From NCBI GenBank assembly GCA_031372705.1, contig JANMLV010000224.1, positions 1 to 53,859 of the forward strand: a DNA stretch of 53,859 nucleotides, written 5' to 3'. Below are positions 49,520-53,859 of this stretch, piece by piece. Position 1 is the first letter of the stretch. The number at the start of each line of letters is the position of its first letter. The translations under genes and the position numbers were made by a program. The notes beneath the pieces are model-generated. The model saw only the letters and a program-made list of their open reading frames with translations. It was not told where the DNA came from and did not search any database. The stretch comes from Bacteroidota bacterium (GTDB lineage: Bacteria > Bacteroidota > Bacteroidia > Chitinophagales > BACL12).

Positions 49520-50098
49520 CTAAGGCTTAAAAAAATTCGCCATAAATATTTTAATGGCTAATGCTAAGGCAATTACGCCAAAAAATTTAGTAATGGCATG
49601 CAGCGCTGTTTTACCGATTTTTCGCTCTATCCAATCGGTTGAACGCAATACAATAAATATGATAACTGCGTTAACTAATACTGCTATTAAAATGTTATAA
49701 ATAGAGTAAACGCTGCGCATACTAATCAGCACAGTTAGTGTTCCGGCACCCACCAATAAAGGAAATCCAATTGGCACTAAACTACCTGCCGCAGAACCTT
49801 CCGGGGTAGATTTAAAAATGTGAATACCCAATATCATTTCCAAACCCAATAAGAAAATTACAACCGAACCTGCAAGCGCAAAAGATTGCGTATCTAATCC
49901 CAATAAACTCAAAATGGTATCTCCCAAAAATAAAAAAGTAACCATGAGAATACCGGCAAAAATGGTCGTTTTTGCAGGTTGTAATGTAATACCTCTATTC
50001 TTCATCGAAATAATTAAAGGCACATTTCCTAAAACATCGATAATTGCAAATAGTGTTAAACTAATGGTAATGATATCTGAAATTTTAATAGCAGACAT
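49520..50098 (-). CDS. marC: MarC family membrane protein
   Basis: LFAIIDVLGNVP, FALAG, VPIGFPLLVGAG, KFFGVIALALA; about six TM helices. Confidence 0.9.
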   Translation of the reverse strand: MSAIKISDIITISLTLFAIIDVLGNVPLIISMKNRGITLQPAKTTIFAGILMVTFLFLGDTILSLLGLDTQSFALAGSVVIFLLGLEMILGIHIFKSTPEGSAAGSLVPIGFPLLVGAGTLTVLISMRSVYSIYNILIAVLVNAVIIFIVLRSTDWIERKIGKTALHAITKFFGVIALALAIKIFMANFFKP

Positions 50099-50680
50099 AA
50101 AATAAAATTAAATGGTAATTAAAATAGGTAATTGTAAATAAGGAATACAAGAAGACTAACAGCACGCAACTGCGCAAATATACCAAGGATACTCATGTAT
50201 TCCAATGGCATTATTGTAGATGTTTAATGTAAATTTCATAGTAGGCACAACAAATAAATGTAAATACCGGCAAAAAAGTTCCCCCCTATAGCGAAATATT
50301 TTTTGCCACCGCAAAAACTATTTCTGCTATAGGGCATTTCTTCAACCTTTTTACCTGTATTTTGTAAGCAGGACTTTCTATTAGCGATTTTGTGTTTATC
50401 GAATATGTTAATTGTATAAATGTGCGCAGTTGAGTATATTTGGTATTGAGTTAACTGCGCCAATCTTGCCAAATTGGGGTGATTGGGGAAGTAAAGGTGC
50501 GCATATAAACAAGTTATAACCAATGGTTCATAAAAATTCCAGTCATATTGCAACTTCGGACAGATACTCTCAGTGGACTGTTGACCGACTGAACAAACGC
50601 AGACGAAGGCAAGTCGGCCGACTGCTTTTTTACAAACTTTTGACTACTCACACGACAATATTTATTAATTTAACAGACAA

Positions 50681-52867
50681 ATGAAAAAAATGAAAAATCG
50701 ATTTAACCTTTTTGCACTAGTTCTTATACTTGGTACTTTTGCATCAACAACTTTTGCTCAAATTGAAATAACAGATTTTAAAGATGATAGTAGCGATGCG
50801 TATTATTTGAATATTGAATTATCAATTGGAGAAGAAACTTTCTTTGAATCATACAAATCTGAACTTGGATTAACTGAGAATGATGAAATGCAAGTTAAAA
50901 CATCTGAAATAGATGAATTAGGGTTTACTCATACTCGTTACAAACAATACTTTAAAGGTATTGAAGTGGAGGGAGGAACGTATATTTTGCATTCAAAAGA
51001 GAGTTATGTAATAATTGCAAATGGTGAACTTATTGAAGGACTAAACTTAAATATTGTACCCTCTATTTCTGAATCAGAAGCATTGGAATCAGCTTTAAAA
51101 GAAATTGCAGCAGTTGAATATGCGTGGCAATCTAAAGAATGGGAAGACGGATTAAAGCTTGAAACAGAAAATGAAATAGCTACCTATTACCCCATTGGCA
51201 CACTTGTATTTACGAAAGATTTTTTAACCTCACCCAAATTCGAGAATTATCTCTTAGCCTATAGATTTGAGATAGTGTGCTCAAATCCCGATGAAAATTT
51301 TATGATTTATATTGATGCTGAAAAAGGAAGCTTCATTAAAAAATATCCCTTGACCAAAGATTGCACAAATCATGTCGGCTCCGCAACAATGATGTATTAT
51401 GGTTATCATACTTTTAATGTAAACAAACGAGGATGGCCATATAACGACTATACACTTGAGGATTGCACAAGAGGAAGTGGAATTAAAACAAAATGGGCGC
51501 ATTTTCTTCCAGACAATGTTACAGATGATAATGGCAATTGGGGAACTGATGATCAAAAGGGAACTACAATACATTGGATAGCGCAAAGAGCATGGGATTA
51601 CTACCAAGCTACACACAGTCGTAATGGAATGGATAATTCAGGACATCAACTTGATATGCGAGCCGATTGGAATCAAGCAAATGCGGTATACAGTCATATC
51701 TTAGGTAATGATAAAATTAAGATTGGAACATTTACAAATTATTTAGGAACCTTAGATGTTGTAGGTCATGAATTTACGCATGGTATCACTCAATATACTG
51801 CAAATTTAGAATATGAAAATGAATCGGGGGCATTAAATGAATCATTCTCTGATATATTCGGGACTGCAATAGAAAGGTATTCACTAGGCTCTAACGACTG
51901 GGATTTAGGCGCTCCCGCAATTACATTAAGAAACATGGAAAACCCTAATGCATTTAGTCAACCTGATTTTTACGAGGGGGCATTCTGGTATACTGGCCCT
52001 GATGATACTGGCGGAGTGCATACAAATAGTGGTGTTCAAAATTATTGGTTCTATTTGTTAAGTTCTGGGGCGACGGCAAACGTCACTGGGATAGGTTTTG
52101 ATAAAGCTGCTAAAATCGCCTATAGAACACTCACGATTTACCTTGATGAAACTTCTGACTATAATGATGCAAGAACTTGGTCATTACAATCAGCTGCAGA
52201 TTTATATGGATCATGCTCCAACGAATGGTTAATGACAAATAATGCATGGTCAGAAGTGGGTCTTGGCGCAACATTACCCTTTATTTTCTGCGCCACTATT
52301 TCAGGACCTTCTTTGATATGCGAGGAGGAGCTAAATGATATTGACTACATATTTAACGCATCTGGAACTTATAATGGTTTGACCAACCCAACAGGAATGA
52401 CTTTTAGTTGGGTAATAACTCCAAGCAGTCCTGCATGGACATTTAATTTAAGTGGTACTGGTAATAAAAAAATGACCGTTACAAATGTAAACGGAACAAC
52501 TGACAGGACTTTAACTGTCACTGCATCATTTGCCGGTCAAACTCAAACCGATGCCCACAATGTTTTAATAGAACCTTGTGATGATTGCCCTCCCCTTTGT
52601 AAAATCGGGTTTTTTGATAAGACCGATGAATTAAGCATCAATATATTTCCAAATCCAACAGACGGGATAGTAAATTATTACATAACAAATTCCACTGGCG
52701 AAGTACTACTACAAGTCTTCGACATTAAGGGTAAATTGCTATTTAATAAAAATATTAGCAAATCTGACGGGACATTAAATATTTCAGAATTCCCATCAGG
52801 AATATATTTATTTAAGTTAGCAGACAATTCTAATTCTACATCCCATTTAATTCAAGTAAATAAGTAA
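50681..52867 (+). CDS. M4 (thermolysin-family) metalloprotease with T9SS domain
   Basis: Signal peptide, FTP propeptide (THTRYKQYFKGIEVEG), HEFTH, ESGALNESFSD, GGVHTNSG, IFPNPT...FPSGIY. Confidence 0.93.
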   Translation: MKKMKNRFNLFALVLILGTFASTTFAQIEITDFKDDSSDAYYLNIELSIGEETFFESYKSELGLTENDEMQVKTSEIDELGFTHTRYKQYFKGIEVEGGTYILHSKESYVIIANGELIEGLNLNIVPSISESEALESALKEIAAVEYAWQSKEWEDGLKLETENEIATYYPIGTLVFTKDFLTSPKFENYLLAYRFEIVCSNPDENFMIYIDAEKGSFIKKYPLTKDCTNHVGSATMMYYGYHTFNVNKRGWPYNDYTLEDCTRGSGIKTKWAHFLPDNVTDDNGNWGTDDQKGTTIHWIAQRAWDYYQATHSRNGMDNSGHQLDMRADWNQANAVYSHILGNDKIKIGTFTNYLGTLDVVGHEFTHGITQYTANLEYENESGALNESFSDIFGTAIERYSLGSNDWDLGAPAITLRNMENPNAFSQPDFYEGAFWYTGPDDTGGVHTNSGVQNYWFYLLSSGATANVTGIGFDKAAKIAYRTLTIYLDETSDYNDARTWSLQSAADLYGSCSNEWLMTNNAWSEVGLGATLPFIFCATISGPSLICEEELNDIDYIFNASGTYNGLTNPTGMTFSWVITPSSPAWTFNLSGTGNKKMTVTNVNGTTDRTLTVTASFAGQTQTDAHNVLIEPCDDCPPLCKIGFFDKTDELSINIFPNPTDGIVNYYITNSTGEVLLQVFDIKGKLLFNKNISKSDGTLNISEFPSGIYLFKLADNSNSTSHLIQVNK

Positions 52868-52877
52868 TTTTTTACAC

Positions 52878-52916
52878 AAACCACTACGATACATTTTAAA
52901 TGTATCGTAGTGGTTT
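52878..52916 (+). terminator. Near-perfect palindrome (19-bp arms, 1-nt centre) between the two cassette genes
   Basis: AAACCACTACGATACATTT-T-AAATGTATCGTAGTGGTTT. Confidence 0.75.
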
Positions 52917-52930
52917 TAATTCTATTTAAC

Positions 52931-53545
52931 ATGAAAAATATAATATTCACAACAACATTTATAATTTATATATCAACATTGATTGCACAAACAAGCAATT
53001 CCTTTTCAGTTAAAATTGGGGAAATAGCATTTACAGATTGGGGTAATAGGTATGGAATACAGCCTACATTATCTTATTCGCATTTGTATTCAAATCAATT
53101 GAAATTATCAACAGATTTAAATGGCTATTACTTTGAGCGATTGAATGAGTTTCACAGTTTGCCTCCTGTGGGCTTTGTTGAAAGCAAAATAGTAATTGAA
53201 AGTAATATTAAGTTGTGCCGTCAATTTAGCTCAGTTGATAACTTAAAAACAGCTGCTGGAGCAGGCTTGTCATTAAGACTTCGTAGCGACAACATCATTG
53301 TTTCTTCAGGAGTAACTGGCGGAGGCTTTCCTGAAACAATTTTAATTGGTTATGGAGGTATAGAGGTTGGTGTAGTCTTGTACTTTGAAAGCAATTATTT
53401 ATTGACTGACAAATTTTCGTTTGGAATTTATACCCAAGCTAATTTATATTATCCAACAAATGACGGTACATCCTCATATTGGGTGCACAAAAGTCCAAGT
53501 GCATTTAGTTTTGGTCTATCAACAAATTTTTATTTTAGAAAATAG
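52931..53545 (+). CDS. Hypothetical outer-membrane beta-barrel protein
   Basis: Start MKNIIF with signal peptide; amphipathic strands; C-terminal FGLSTNFYF. Confidence 0.65.
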   Translation: MKNIIFTTTFIIYISTLIAQTSNSFSVKIGEIAFTDWGNRYGIQPTLSYSHLYSNQLKLSTDLNGYYFERLNEFHSLPPVGFVESKIVIESNIKLCRQFSSVDNLKTAAGAGLSLRLRSDNIIVSSGVTGGGFPETILIGYGGIEVGVVLYFESNYLLTDKFSFGIYTQANLYYPTNDGTSSYWVHKSPSAFSFGLSTNFYFRK

Positions 53546-53579
53546 CAATTGGAATGATAAATTTCTACCTTAAACCACA

Positions 53580-53731
53580 GGTTATAACATAGGCTTTGGC
53601 AAAATTTGTTTTTGTGGGGGCGGACGAGTAAATCAAACCTTCATCCATCTATCAACCCTTTAATAAAATAAATACCTTAATCGCTTCTATCCCCACAAAA
53701 ACAAACTTCGCCAAGCCCCAAAACGTCAGGC
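53580..53731 (+). other. attC-like recombination site (about 150 bp imperfect hairpin)
   Basis: TAAC box, left arm GGCTTTGGCAAAATTTGTTTTTGTGGGG (53592-53619), right arm CCCCACAAAAACAAACTTCGCCAAGCC (53691-53717), then GTCAGGC at the R' position. Confidence 0.6.
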
Positions 53732-53859
53732 TGTGAATAAACTCCACGTTTAATCTATTTCTTAAAATTATTGCGTGTAAAATTGATTTACACTTGTAAT
53801 AATTCAATTTAACACCTGCATTTTTAATGATGTAATTTCTTTTCGCATAATTATCATGT

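Larger units (their letters stand above)
50514..53725 (+). mobile_element. Putative integron-like gene cassette (M4 protease + beta-barrel)
   Basis: Begins at G|TTATAACCAATGGTT and ends in an attC-like hairpin whose R''-like box (AACCACAGGTTATAAC) is 14/16 complementary to that start. Both genes are co-oriented toward the hairpin. Confidence 0.55.

Noticed and set aside
50236-50553. 105-aa minus-strand ORF as an integrase remnant
   Set aside because: No tyrosine-recombinase motifs (R...HxxR...Y) are visible and it straddles the proposed junction; probably spurious.
4882-51616. Numerous 60-130 aa ORFs antisense to or nested in longer genes (e.g. 4882-5157, 6398-6787, 8210-8539, 21081-21443, 51281-51616)
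   Set aside because: They are shadow frames of well-supported genes and show no recognisable motifs.
50513-53588. GTTATAAC at both ends read as an 8-bp target-site duplication of a transposon
   Set aside because: The octamer is self-complementary, and the flanking similarity extends only in inverted orientation. No transposase is present. The cassette reading fits better, though this alternative is not formally excluded.
1-53859. rRNA, tRNA, IS elements or anti-phage defence systems
   Set aside because: None recognised by eye; the intergenic gaps are short and lack the expected signatures. A tRNAscan, Rfam or DefenseFinder run would be needed to exclude them formally.

Overview
AT-rich bacterial chromosomal window from a Bacteroidota genome. 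The evidence is a SusC/SusD pair, about nine proteins with T9SS-type C-terminal sorting domains, and TAnnTTTG -7 promoter boxes. The left half (1-31 kb) is mostly housekeeping and metabolic genes: SDR, ndh, a trans-sulfuration lyase, fabD, folE-queD, a four-gene lipid-modification cluster resembling furan-fatty-acid synthesis, a CarH/LitR-like MerR-B12 regulator with an ECF sigma, yraN, pgi/pmi-lipB-rluD, futalosine genes mqnE/mqnA, an iodotyrosine-deiodinase-like flavoprotein and a lipoprotein cyanophycinase. The right half is dominated by secreted proteases (M36/M4-like, two M4, S9A; two M43 lie further left at 19-22 kb), a SusC/SusD pair with no CAZymes, and surface proteins. Two observations stand out. 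(1) A 3.2-kb two-gene segment (50514-53725; secreted M4 protease plus beta-barrel) has integron-cassette architecture: an attC-like imperfect hairpin at its 3' end whose R''-like box is complementary (14/16 nt) to the GTT-starting left junction. No integrase is present in the window. (2) A MopE-repeat T9SS gene (47516-49453) is split by one in-frame TGA, the only mismatch in a 65-bp internal duplication. No rRNA, tRNA, CRISPR array or transposase was recognised. All calls come from reading motifs by eye; no database searches were run.
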